64,000 nucleotides of DNA from Leptonemataceae bacterium (GTDB lineage: Bacteria; Spirochaetota; Leptospiria; Leptospirales; Leptonemataceae). A program made the position numbers and the translations under genes. The DNA is taken from the NCBI GenBank assembly GCA_965227295.1, contig OZ245742.1, forward strand, positions 5,216,001 to 5,280,000. Reading direction: 5' to 3'. Positions within the stretch are counted from its first letter, which is position 1; the number at the start of each line of letters is the position of its first letter. The notes beneath the pieces were generated by a model. It had not been told where the DNA came from, searched no databases, and saw only the letters and a list, made by a program, of their open reading frames with translations. Of the stretch, positions 49,399 through 59,179 are shown piece by piece.

Positions 49399-50616
49399 GC
49401 GATCGCGCAGAAAATACGTAATCATCTCCCCCTTGCCCTTCACGGCGATCGGTTCCCGGGCCACGCTCGCGAACTCGTGTTGCACCAGGTCGCGCGTCCG
49501 CTGACTGACGGCAATCTCACCGGGCACGCCGTGGGATTCCATGCGACTCGCCGTGTTCACCGCGTCGCCCCAGAGATCGTAGCTGAACTTGCGCCGGCCG
49601 ATCACCCCGGCCACCACCGGCCCCGAATGCAAACCAATGCGAATGCGCAGATCATGCCTGCCCGCGGCGCGCCCGTGCTCCAGGAGACACTGCATTGCAA
49701 ATGCCATCTGAACGGCAGTTAGTGCGTGATTCTCTCGCGGCTCCGGCAGTCCGGCCACGGCCATGTAACAATCGCCGATGGTCTTGATCTTTTCCAGGCC
49801 GAAACGATCGGCCAGTTCGTCGAAGCCGGTGAAGATGTCGTTCAACATTTCGACGAGCTGCGCCGGAGCCGTTCGCCCGGCGAGAGCGGTGAAGCCGACG
49901 ATGTCGGCAAAGAGGACGGTGACCTCGTCGAGATGATCGGCGATGGGTTGTTCGCCCTGCTTCAGGCGCCCGGCGATGGACGCGGGCAATACGTTCAGCA
50001 ACAACTCCTCGGATCGCCGATGTTCGCGTTCGAGTCCGTCCTCGGCCTGGAAGTGGACGTTGCGCATGTAGCGCATGAGCAGGATCGCCCCCACCGACGC
50101 CAGGACTAAGTTCACCAGAACGCGTGTTTGTGTCACCGCCGGAGTCGCCGTCCATGGCAGCAGCGGCTTCAGTGCGAACACTTCAAAGGCTGCATAGGTA
50201 CCGATCAACAGTGCCGCCGCCGCCAGAGCCGCCGGCAGAATCAGGGACTTTTGCCGGCGCGAGAAGATGGCGAACGGCACGATCATTAAGAGCAGATAAT
50301 GGACCCAGGCGCCGGGAACCAGGCCGAAGGCGATTACGATCATGGTGAGCTGTACGTGTGCGGCTCCGAGAAACGCGATGCGTGCCGCCAGCGTCCGCCC
50401 GTGCTGGTGCAGTAAGTACAGACCGAGATACGCCAGGGCTCCGCAGTAGTTCATGATCACGGCGGCCCAGGCACCGCGCAGGATGCCCATGCTTCCGGCA
50501 ACGACCGAAATGATCAGAGCCGTCAGGATGGCGATACGCGTGAGGGCCCGGGCTTTTTGTTCGTCCCGGGGAAGTGATTCAGCGATCATCGTTGCCACTC
50601 CGATCTTGCCAGCCAA
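49363..50616 (-). CDS. Membrane class III adenylate cyclase
   Basis: About 6 TM, VLFADIVGFT, KIKTIGDCYM, YDLWGDAVNTASRME and VKGKG. Start is uncertain. Confidence 0.92.
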   Translation of the reverse strand: MAGKIGVATMIAESLPRDEQKARALTRIAILTALIISVVAGSMGILRGAWAAVIMNYCGALAYLGLYLLHQHGRTLAARIAFLGAAHVQLTMIVIAFGLVPGAWVHYLLLMIVPFAIFSRRQKSLILPAALAAAALLIGTYAAFEVFALKPLLPWTATPAVTQTRVLVNLVLASVGAILLMRYMRNVHFQAEDGLEREHRRSEELLLNVLPASIAGRLKQGEQPIADHLDEVTVLFADIVGFTALAGRTAPAQLVEMLNDIFTGFDELADRFGLEKIKTIGDCYMAVAGLPEPRENHALTAVQMAFAMQCLLEHGRAAGRHDLRIRIGLHSGPVVAGVIGRRKFSYDLWGDAVNTASRMESHGVPGEIAVSQRTRDLVQHEFASVAREPIAVKGKGEMITYFLRDRGREHATIPPRE

Positions 50617-51692
50617 CCGAGGCCGCGCGCGTGCAGACTGTGGACGAAGAGACCGTCCGCCGTTTCGGTGGCGCCGGTGGTATCGGGATACTCGGGCTCC
50701 GCGTCCTGGTACCGCGCGAGCACGTTGCCGTCCACGTCGATGGCGACGATGTGACCGAACGGCGGCGGGACCGGAAACAAACTGCGCGGCAGTCGCATTA
50801 TCATTTTGCGCGCGAACGGGTTGCCGGCGAGCTTCTCCAAAATTTTACTGCGCGGTTTCGTAAAGCCGATCCAGTAGCGGCCGTCACGCCCGCGATTGAG
50901 ATTGTCCGGGAAACCGGCCATGCCCTCGACGATCGCTTCGACGCTGCCGCGCCGTTCCCCGCGCAGATGATAACGCAGCACCCGCGAATCGCCGGTCTCC
51001 ACGATCAACACGTAACGACCGTCCGGACTCAACGCCACCCCGTTCGCGAACTGGATGCCGTCGACGAGCACGCGCGTTTGTTTCGAAACGGGATCGTATG
51101 CCAGCAATCGACCGGTCTTACGATGTTCGAAGATGTCGTAGAGGCTCGCTTCGAAGGTGTCGCCGTACGCGGGCGGGCAGTGACGCGCCGAGGAATCAGT
51201 GAAGTAGATGGTGCCGTCCGCGGCGACATCGACGTTGTTCGCGTAACATAAAAAATCTTTCGGTTTAGCAGTGGACGGCGGACTTGCGGGCACCAGGACT
51301 TCCATGGAAGCATCGGCATTCACACGCAGCAGGCCGCGAAAGGGGTCCGCGACGATGAGCCGTCCGGTGTTATCGAAGGCGAGGCCCAGCGGCCGGCCTC
51401 CGGTATTCACGAACGTTTCGACGGAGCTGCCGTCCGGCGCCAGGCGCAGAATGTCTCCGCTCAGCACGGCCGCAAAGATCTCCCCGGTGGAACTTACGAT
51501 GACGTCCTCAGGACCGGTGCGACCGTCGAGATCCAGGACTTCAAGTTTCTTTAAGGTGTCGTCGGTTTTCAGGGCGGGAGCCGGCGGCGGCGGTTCGAAA
51601 ACGACGGGATCAATGGGCGCGGGACCGGCGAGCAGATAGAGGATGAGTACGGCGAAGGTCAGCAGAACGGCGAGGAGGATTTTCTTGATCAT
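50586..51692 (-). CDS. Strictosidine synthase / SMP-30-gluconolactonase family
   Basis: GPED, GRPLGL, IYFTDSS, GRLL.YDP, FANGVAL and GFPDN. Confidence 0.9.
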   Translation of the reverse strand: MIKKILLAVLLTFAVLILYLLAGPAPIDPVVFEPPPPAPALKTDDTLKKLEVLDLDGRTGPEDVIVSSTGEIFAAVLSGDILRLAPDGSSVETFVNTGGRPLGLAFDNTGRLIVADPFRGLLRVNADASMEVLVPASPPSTAKPKDFLCYANNVDVAADGTIYFTDSSARHCPPAYGDTFEASLYDIFEHRKTGRLLAYDPVSKQTRVLVDGIQFANGVALSPDGRYVLIVETGDSRVLRYHLRGERRGSVEAIVEGMAGFPDNLNRGRDGRYWIGFTKPRSKILEKLAGNPFARKMIMRLPRSLFPVPPPFGHIVAIDVDGNVLARYQDAEPEYPDTTGATETADGLFVHSLHARGLGWLARSEWQR

Positions 51693-51758
51693 GGGTGGCC
51701 TCGATTGGAAGCCGCACACTGAGTGATTTGCCCCGGATATCAAGCGGGAAATTCCGGA

Positions 51759-51950
51759 CTATTTATAGTGATCCAGGCTCTCCACCGGCACCGGACTCCA
51801 GTTGCGCAGGACCGCGTCGATGTCCGGCAACCGATACAAAACATTCAAGGCCTCATCAACGAATTCGTGCGCCAGAAAAAGCGGCCCCGGAGTCAGAACG
51901 ATGCCGATCGGGATACCAACCATGAAGGCCGCATAGGGATAACGAAAACA
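51759..51950 (-). pseudogene. Short ORF or 3' gene remnant (..AAFMVGIPIGIVLTPGPLFLAHE...DHYK*)
   Basis: Coding-like frame ending at TAG 51759, 54 aa from ATG 51923. Its 5' side abuts the solitary 330-bp unit. Confidence 0.4.
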
Positions 51951-51982
51951 AAAGATAACCCGCGTTCGGAAACGGTTCTCTC

Positions 51983-52292
51983 GACGAAGACGCCGTTCCG
52001 GTGCGCCTTACCACGATCCCGTCATGACCTCCGTCCATCTGCTGGAACCAGCCGTACCCAAATTCTTCTTAACATACACTCACCGTCACTTACTTCACCA
52101 TGCGGGTGCGCACATGAACGAACTGAGCGTTTCCGGGATGCAAGCGTCGCGGTTCGTCAGGTTTGCCGGAAAAAACACGGGATGCGTCGTGCGACTGTGG
52201 CGGTTTTTTTGCTACGGCTCTTCGGAGTTGTGGTTTTTCGTTTTGCCAAGAGAGTCCGCATCGACCCGGACGCGGGTATGGACTGAATCAGC
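51983..52292 (+). repeat. Solitary diverged copy of the ~330-bp unit, inverted relative to the arrays
   Basis: GAAGACGCCGTTCCGGTGCGCCTTACCAC, GCTGGAACCAGCCGT, GGAGTTGTGG..TTCGTTTTG and TCGACCCGGACG match the reverse complement of the array units. Confidence 0.9.
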
Positions 52293-52359
52293 GAGCGGTG
52301 TTCTCGCTCTGCGAGACAGGAGATCGGCAGAAGAAAGCCTTCGGCTTTCTCTATAGTAT

Positions 52360-52390
52360 GAGCACTTTCACGCCTGGCGTGAAAGTGCTC
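52360..52390. terminator. 15-bp perfect hairpin downstream of the tRNA-Asn 3' duplication
   Basis: GAGCACTTTCACGCC-T-GGCGTGAAAGTGCTC. There is no clear U-tract, so a terminator role is uncertain. Confidence 0.45.
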
Positions 52391-52409
52391 CCCCGGTAGG
52401 ACTCGAACC
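52386..52409 (-). repeat. 24-bp exact duplication of the tRNA-Asn 3' end
   Basis: TGCTCCCCCGGTAGGACTCGAACC is identical to 52525-52548. Confidence 0.9.
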
Positions 52410-52526
52410 CACAATTGTCGCTTCGGCGGCAATTGTGAACCGCCGCCATCGCGACCCATAGGGAGCGATGGCCCTATGTGAGAGTCCTGCCGTCCCACAG
52501 GGAGGAATAGAATATGACGAACACTG

Positions 52527-52599
<73 letters not shown>

Positions 52600-52753
52600 G
52601 TGTCGGAAGTCCTCGTGCCTGGCCGGCCGGAGCGGGTCAGACGCGAAACCGCCGGAAGGCCGAAGCCGAACCGGCGGATGCGACAAGATTTTCCGGCCAG
52701 GCCGCCGTGTCAATCAAGACGGGGAATCGGGGCGTCCCCAACCAGGACTCTTC

Positions 52754-52888
52754 GCGTCAGCGATACGGAGGGTGGCGCGCAGCGCCAGTCCGGAGCGCGA
52801 AGCGCGGAGGACCGAAGCGATAGCGGAGCCCGGAGTAGCGCGGTCCCGGCCGCCGCATCCGCAACGCGGCGGCCGGGAGACGCCCAAA
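52754..52888 (+). repeat. R1 REP-like repeat copy C
   Basis: GCGTCAGCGAT...CAGTCCGGAGCGCGAAGCGCGGAGGACCGAAGCGATAGCGGAGCCCGGAG...ACGCCCAAA. Confidence 0.85.
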
Positions 52889-52990
52889 GAAGATCCAATG
52901 CATCGTAACGATCTTCACCATTTCCCCCGCCCCGTTTCTCCTTGAAACCCCGCCCTGTCTCTGGAATCTTAACCGCCGCAGCCCGCGAGT

Positions 52991-54310
52991 GTGACCGTGA
53001 TCCCGCTCATTCATCCACAGAACCAGCTCTACCGCGCCTTTCATTTCATCATCAACCTGCTGATCGTCTACAGTGCGATCGAGGTGCCGCTGCGCCTGGT
53101 GCTGCCCTACGAGGTTCCGATGTGGCTGCACATCCTGGACCTGGTCGTCATCGGTTTTTTCGCGACGGACATCGTCCTGCAATTCCATGTGCAGACGTAC
53201 CACCGCGGCAAGCTGTGCAACGATCGTAAGATCCTGGCGAGCAAGTATCTGCGCGGCTGGTTTCCCGTGGACCTGCTCGCGACGTTGCCGTTCGAACTCC
53301 TGGCCACCGGCGCCTTCTCCGAGGGGCACCGGGCCCTGCGCATGGTCCGCCTCATGCGGCTCTCACGTCTGCTCAAGCTGGCCCGGCTGCATCGCCTGTC
53401 CCGGGACTGGCATACCAACCGCGTGTTGAACCAGTCGCTCGTGCGGCTCATCTTCTTCGGTTTCTGGATCGTGCTGATCTCACACTGGCTCGCCTGCGGT
53501 TGGATTTTCCTGGAAGGCGTTCCGAAAGATGAGCCCTTCCCCGCCCAGTACCTGGACGCGATCTACTGGACGGTGACCACGCTCACCACAGTGGGCTACG
53601 GCGACATCACGCCGATCAGCGCGACGCAGAAAATCTATACCATGTTCGTCATGTTCTTCGGCGTCGCGGTCTACGGTTACGTCATTGGTAACATCTCAAC
53701 GTTACTCGCGTCCACCGACCTCGCGAAGACGAACTACGTGAACAAGATCGAAGAGCTGAACACGTTCTTCGAGGACAAGACGATCCCGTTCGAACTCCAG
53801 GAAAAAATCCGCGACTACTACAATCACATCTGGCAATCACGCCTGGGCCGGGACGAGGCCATCATTCTAAACGATCTGCCCGAGTCGTTGCGCACGGAAG
53901 TCACGCTCTACCTCAACCGCGAAATCATTCACAAGGTTCCCATGTTTCACGACGCCGGCGAAGAGTTCATTCGTGAACTCGCGGCGAAACTCGAACCCGC
54001 CGTCTTTCTCCCCGGCGACCTCATTATTCACAAGGGCGAGATCGGGGATCGCATGTACTTCGTATCCCGCGGCCACGCCGAACTCCTGGGCGAAGACGGC
54101 CAGGCCATCGCCACCTTCGCGGCCGGCTCTTACTTCGGTGAGATGGCCCTGGTGTTGGACCAGCCCCGGGCCGCGAGCATTCGTGCCATCGACTACTGCG
54201 ACGTGTACATCTTGCGAAAACAAAGCTTCGTCCGTTTGCTCGAGAAGTACAACAACTTCCACGAACACTTGCGCGATGTCATCGCCCGACGCAAGGCCGA
54301 GTTGGGATAA
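52991..54310 (+). CDS. Cyclic-nucleotide-gated K+ channel (SthK/LliK-like)
   Basis: 6 TM with Arg-rich S4, TVGYGD filter, C-linker and CNBD (FGEMAL...RAASI). Confidence 0.93.
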   Translation: MTVIPLIHPQNQLYRAFHFIINLLIVYSAIEVPLRLVLPYEVPMWLHILDLVVIGFFATDIVLQFHVQTYHRGKLCNDRKILASKYLRGWFPVDLLATLPFELLATGAFSEGHRALRMVRLMRLSRLLKLARLHRLSRDWHTNRVLNQSLVRLIFFGFWIVLISHWLACGWIFLEGVPKDEPFPAQYLDAIYWTVTTLTTVGYGDITPISATQKIYTMFVMFFGVAVYGYVIGNISTLLASTDLAKTNYVNKIEELNTFFEDKTIPFELQEKIRDYYNHIWQSRLGRDEAIILNDLPESLRTEVTLYLNREIIHKVPMFHDAGEEFIRELAAKLEPAVFLPGDLIIHKGEIGDRMYFVSRGHAELLGEDGQAIATFAAGSYFGEMALVLDQPRAASIRAIDYCDVYILRKQSFVRLLEKYNNFHEHLRDVIARRKAELG

Positions 54311-54343
54311 CCGCCTCCCGCTCTCCCGTACCTCGAGTATTCC

Positions 54344-55396
54344 ATGCGCACACCATCCGAAGACACATACGTACGCCGCGTGCTGATCACACTCAGCCTG
54401 GGTTCCCTGGCCGTGGCGGTCCTCGCTTTTGTCTTTTATACGCTGCATCTGTTACTGGTCCTCTTCGCGGGCATCATCGCCGCGCTACCGGTTCATTCCG
54501 CCACCGCCTGGTTACACCGACGCACGAGGCTGCCGTTCTCCCTGGCTCTCGCCATCGTGGCGCTCTCGGGTCTGGCCCTGGTGGTCCTGCTCTTCGGACC
54601 GGCACTGCCTTTGCTGGCCGACCAGGCGGTGGAACTGGTCAGCAGTCTGCCGCAGGTTCTCGAACGACTACGCGGGCTTTCGGATCAATACACCTGGGCG
54701 AAGCCGCTGACCGACGCTCTCGCCAATCCCCTGGCCACGCTCATGAACCAGGACCTGGGCGCCCTGGCCGGTCGGGCCGGCGGCGTGTTCTCGAATACCC
54801 TCGCCCTCCTGGGCTCCGGGGCGTTGGTCTTTTTGATCGCACTTTATCTCGCCGCGGACGCCCGGATGTACGTCAACGGCATGCTCACCCTGTTTCCGCC
54901 CGACCGGCGCGAGCGCATCCGTGAGGTCCTCGACGAGGTCGGCTACACCCTGCGCTGGTGGCTCCTGGGCCAATCCCTTTCCATGAGTCTGCTCGGAATC
55001 ACCACCACGCTCGTGCTCTGGCTCCTCGGTGTTCCCTTAGCTTTATTTCTCGGAATCTTAACAGCTTTGATGACGTTCATCCCGAACCTGGGGCCTTTGA
55101 TCGCGGGCATCCCCACGGTCCTGCTGGCGCTGACCCAGGGGCCGCTGACCGCCGTGGCGGTGATCGTGTTTTACATTATTCTACAGAATGTCGAGGGCCT
55201 GCTCATCACACCGAACATTCACCGACGCATCATCGCGTTACCGCCGGTCTTGATCATCGCCGCTCAGATCCTGCTCTCCGCCATCGTGGGCATTGTCGGC
55301 GTCATCCTGGCCATGCCCATCGTTGCGTGCGGGATGGTAATCATCCGCCGGCTGTACATCGAAGACGTGCTCGGAGATCGCGCTGATCAAATCTGA
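54344..55396 (+). CDS. AI-2E family transporter
   Basis: WLLGQ, FIPNLGP, QNVEG..ITP and GVILAMP. Confidence 0.9.
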   Translation: MRTPSEDTYVRRVLITLSLGSLAVAVLAFVFYTLHLLLVLFAGIIAALPVHSATAWLHRRTRLPFSLALAIVALSGLALVVLLFGPALPLLADQAVELVSSLPQVLERLRGLSDQYTWAKPLTDALANPLATLMNQDLGALAGRAGGVFSNTLALLGSGALVFLIALYLAADARMYVNGMLTLFPPDRRERIREVLDEVGYTLRWWLLGQSLSMSLLGITTTLVLWLLGVPLALFLGILTALMTFIPNLGPLIAGIPTVLLALTQGPLTAVAVIVFYIILQNVEGLLITPNIHRRIIALPPVLIIAAQILLSAIVGIVGVILAMPIVACGMVIIRRLYIEDVLGDRADQI

Positions 55397-55476
55397 TCGT
55401 ATTCCCGCGCCTGGTTGAGGAAGCGCCGGCTCTTTTACGATAGACAGTGCAATTTGGCAGAGACACATTTAGCCGG

Positions 55477-58400
55477 ATGTTCCCGCGCCTGAGCCTGCTG
55501 CTGCTCCTGACTCTACCGGCCGTCCTGGCCTGTCGGGAATCCCCGTCGGCGAAGGACAATGCTTCGTCTCCGTGCAGGAACGGCACCCTGGAAGCCGCGC
55601 CCGGTCCGGTGCATCTGTCTGCGGGCGAATGCCTCTTTCTGTTCGCGGACCCTGAAGGACGCCTGGACTTCGAAACGATCCGGGAAAGCGCGACTTTCAC
55701 GCCCACCACGGATCCCAACCCGAACTTCGGCTACAGCACGGCCGTACACTGGGCACGTATAACCGTACACAACGCGGGCGAGGCGCGGGACCTGCTGCTG
55801 GAATTCGGTTACCCGGTCGTGGATCATATCGATCTGTTCGTCGAGGAAGATCCGGGGAACTACGAACTCCGGCGCGCCGGAGATGCACTGCCCTTCGATG
55901 CGCGGGAAATCGCACATCGCCATGTCGTCTTCCGTATTCCGTTCGATGCCGCCGAAAACAAGACTCTGTACTTGCGCGTGCAGTCGAGCACGTCGGTACA
56001 GATCCCCCTCGATCTCCGGGACCGGGAAACCTTCGCCGCCCAGGATCACAATGAACAGGCCTTGCTCGGCATGTACTACGGCATGCTGCTCATCATGTGC
56101 CTGTACAATTTCTGGCTGTACTTCGGCCTGCGGGACGTTTCATATCTGTACTATCTCGGCCACGTGCTCGGCGTGTGCTGGCTCATGCTCATGCAACACG
56201 GTCTCGCCTATGAGTACCTCTGGCCCGAATCCGTCTGGTGGAACAATCGCGCGCATGCGTATTCGGCGTACGGGGCCGGCATCTTTGCTCTCTTATTCTG
56301 CCGCAGCTTTTTGAATTTGCGGCAAGTGGCGCCCGTCCTGGATCGCATCGTCCTCGGCTGCGCCTTGCTATGCGCATTCACCGCGATCCTGGGAACGTGG
56401 CTTCCCATGCATTTGCACGCCCTGGGCACCGCGCCGGTGGGACTCGTCGGAATCACCGTGGCCCTGATCGCCGGCGGCACGGCCCTTTCACGCGGCTATC
56501 GCCCGGCCCGCTTTTATCTCCTGGCCTGGGCCATGCTCATGGTGGGCATGTTGATGCTCCTCCTGCGCAATGTCGGCGGCCTGCCGCGAACGCCGCTCAC
56601 CAATTCCGGCTTAATGCTCGGTTCCATACTGGACGTCGCCCTGCTCTCGCTTGCCCTGGCCGATCGTTTACAGCATATGAAAGCCGAGACCGATCGGCTC
56701 AACGCCGGATTGGGCAAACTCGTAGACGAACGTACACGCGAACTGCGCACGGCCTACGGCGAGCTCCAGGCCCAGGACGAAGCGCGCACGACATTCTTTA
56801 CGAACATCTCTCACGAAATCCGCACGCCGTTGACGCTCCTGCTCTCGCCCATCGAAACCATGTCGAGCGAGCACATCGATGCGGCGGAACGCGGGCGTTT
56901 GCTGGCCATCATGCGCAAGAACGGACGCAATCTCCTGAAACTGGTGAACGATTTACTCGATGTTTCGCGCCTGGACGCCGGCCGCTCTTCGTTTGAACCG
57001 CGCGAGTTGAATCTTACGGCGCTCAGCCGTGAGGTCGTTTCTAATTTCGAAGAAGCCGCGCAGCGCGCCGGCCTGCAACTGGAGTTTCAGAACACCGCCG
57101 GGGGCGACGTCATAGCAAAGCTCGACGCCGAAAAAATCGAGAAGGTTTTGTTTAACTTAATCGGCAACGCTCTGAAGTTTACACACCACGGCTCTGTCCT
57201 CGTGTCGGTTGCTTCGAACGATGAGGGTGTCGCGCTGAGCGTCGCGGACACGGGCATCGGGATTCCCCGCGATCAACACGCTTCGATTTTCGAACGCTTT
57301 CGTCAGGTGGACGGGAGCGACACGCGAAAATTCGAAGGTACAGGCATCGGCCTGTACATCGTCCGGCGCTTTACCGAATTGCACGGCGGCAGCGTGCGTC
57401 TGGTATCGGAGCCTGGAACCGGCTCCACATTTACTATCGTGCTTCCGCAACAACCGAACACCGCGGCCGGCGCGGCGAAACCCGTGGAACGCGAACGCAG
57501 CACTGTCGCGGACCTGCGCATGGATGACGGCGTCTTCGAGGATCACGCCGAAAGATCGGCGGACGCGGCGACGCACGTCGGCGACGAGACTGTGCTGATC
57601 GTCGAAGACAACGCGGATCTCTTAAGTTATCTCAGCAGCATGTTTCGATCGCAGTACCGGATCCTCACGGCCCGAGACGGAAACGAAGGGCTGCAACTTG
57701 CACGCACCCACCGCCCGGATCTGATCGTCTCCGACATTAAGATGCCGAACAGCGACGGCCTGGAACTGCTCACGCAAATCCGTGCCGACGCAAACCTTGC
57801 CGAAACACCGCTTATCTTACTCAGCGCGAAGGCGGCCGTCGAGGATCGCTTGCGGGGGCTCAGCCGGACGGCCGACGACTACGTCAGCAAACCTTTTCAC
57901 GTACGTGAGTTGCTCTTGCGCGTGCGCAACCTGCTCTACCGCAAACGACTCCGTGAACTCGCCGTGGCCCGGGAAAACGAACGCATCTATACCGATTTCC
58001 ACGACTATCTCGGGGCGCGCCTCACCGATATTTCCCTGCTCGCCGCCCGCCTGGAAAAACGTGAGGAAAGCCTGCCGGAAACCTGCGCCAGGCTGCGCGA
58101 AGAGCTGGCGGGTTTGATCCACTCTTTTCGCGATTGTCTTTCGGCTCGCGATGATCTGGACCTGCTATCGGAGAGCTTCGCCGACGGCCTGCACATCATC
58201 CTGTTGCGACGCTATGTGAATGCGAACCGCCAGTTGCAATTTAGCGCGGATGCGGCGGCACGCGAATTTCTGGACGAACTGACGGATGAAAGGACGCGCT
58301 CGACGCTGCACGCCGCCTGCACCGAACTCGCAACGAACGATCTGCGCTACGGCCGGGGCCTTTCGGTATGGCAGGCACAGATGCAATCCGGCGAACTCGT

Positions 58401-58569
58401 GCTTACGATGCGGGCGGAGAGCGAGTACGACTCCGCGCGTGATCCCGGCCACGGCGTGGCCAATCTGCGGTCACGCCTGGAAGGCGTGGACGGCGCGTTC
58501 GAGGATGCGCTGGAAGAAGGGAAGTACGTCGCGACACTGCGTTTAGGAATTCGCGCGGCGGTGGAGTAG
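55477..58569 (+). CDS. 7TMR-DISM hybrid histidine kinase with a second HisKA_3-type transmitter
   Basis: DISMED2, 7TM, SHEIRTPL, NLIGNALKF, DTGIG, GTGIGL, REC (VEDN, SDIKMP, KPF), then FHDYLGARLTD and ELATNDLRYG. Confidence 0.9.
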   Translation: MFPRLSLLLLLTLPAVLACRESPSAKDNASSPCRNGTLEAAPGPVHLSAGECLFLFADPEGRLDFETIRESATFTPTTDPNPNFGYSTAVHWARITVHNAGEARDLLLEFGYPVVDHIDLFVEEDPGNYELRRAGDALPFDAREIAHRHVVFRIPFDAAENKTLYLRVQSSTSVQIPLDLRDRETFAAQDHNEQALLGMYYGMLLIMCLYNFWLYFGLRDVSYLYYLGHVLGVCWLMLMQHGLAYEYLWPESVWWNNRAHAYSAYGAGIFALLFCRSFLNLRQVAPVLDRIVLGCALLCAFTAILGTWLPMHLHALGTAPVGLVGITVALIAGGTALSRGYRPARFYLLAWAMLMVGMLMLLLRNVGGLPRTPLTNSGLMLGSILDVALLSLALADRLQHMKAETDRLNAGLGKLVDERTRELRTAYGELQAQDEARTTFFTNISHEIRTPLTLLLSPIETMSSEHIDAAERGRLLAIMRKNGRNLLKLVNDLLDVSRLDAGRSSFEPRELNLTALSREVVSNFEEAAQRAGLQLEFQNTAGGDVIAKLDAEKIEKVLFNLIGNALKFTHHGSVLVSVASNDEGVALSVADTGIGIPRDQHASIFERFRQVDGSDTRKFEGTGIGLYIVRRFTELHGGSVRLVSEPGTGSTFTIVLPQQPNTAAGAAKPVERERSTVADLRMDDGVFEDHAERSADAATHVGDETVLIVEDNADLLSYLSSMFRSQYRILTARDGNEGLQLARTHRPDLIVSDIKMPNSDGLELLTQIRADANLAETPLILLSAKAAVEDRLRGLSRTADDYVSKPFHVRELLLRVRNLLYRKRLRELAVARENERIYTDFHDYLGARLTDISLLAARLEKREESLPETCARLREELAGLIHSFRDCLSARDDLDLLSESFADGLHIILLRRYVNANRQLQFSADAAAREFLDELTDERTRSTLHAACTELATNDLRYGRGLSVWQAQMQSGELVLTMRAESEYDSARDPGHGVANLRSRLEGVDGAFEDALEEGKYVATLRLGIRAAVE

Positions 58570-58685
58570 CCGACCGGTTAAAGAAGCTGATCATTCGCAT
58601 GGTGAGTGCCGTTCCCGATTCGCTTGCGCATTTTTGCAGCGTCCATTTCTCTAGATCAAAACCATGAATCTAAAGGAGAACACGC

Positions 58686-59123
58686 ATGATTAAGTATCTT
58701 TCCCTTTCGGTTATCGCCGGCCTGGCCGCGATTGCGCTCATCGCGCTCGGCTCGCCGTCCACGGCGCAGACCAGGATCGAAAAACAACAGCCGCCGTCCA
58801 TCGGCGAAAACGCCATTTGCCCGCAGATCTGGATCGAAGTCAAATGCGCCGATTGCAATACAAGCAAGAAGTATCCGAATACGCGGATCATGACCCTCAG
58901 CTCATCCGGCGGCAAGGGCGGCTGCACCTACGCCGGCGATGTGAATTTTGGCGCGAAGCGGATCGACAATCGCACCAACGACTGCGTTTCGGCCAAGAAC
59001 ATCAATGCGAAAATCACGAAGCCCAATGGCCGCAGCGCACAGATTTCCGTCACCTACACCGGCGGTCCCTCGGCGGGAATTCCCAGTTCTTGCAGCTACA
59101 ACGTGAGCGCAAAGTTGAACTAA
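58686..59123 (+). CDS. Small secreted protein with 6 Cys
   Basis: AAGGAG RBS, signal peptide and six cysteines in the mature region. Confidence 0.8.
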   Translation: MIKYLSLSVIAGLAAIALIALGSPSTAQTRIEKQQPPSIGENAICPQIWIEVKCADCNTSKKYPNTRIMTLSSSGGKGGCTYAGDVNFGAKRIDNRTNDCVSAKNINAKITKPNGRSAQISVTYTGGPSAGIPSSCSYNVSAKLN

Positions 59124-59179
59124 GCACAGGATGATTTCTCGCCATTCTGCATTCCCCGCGTCGGCAATACAAACATAGT

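Noticed and set aside
52685..52713. tRNA promoter (TTGACA on the minus strand)
   Set aside because: The -35 is perfect, but there is no convincing -10 at 16-18 nt spacing.
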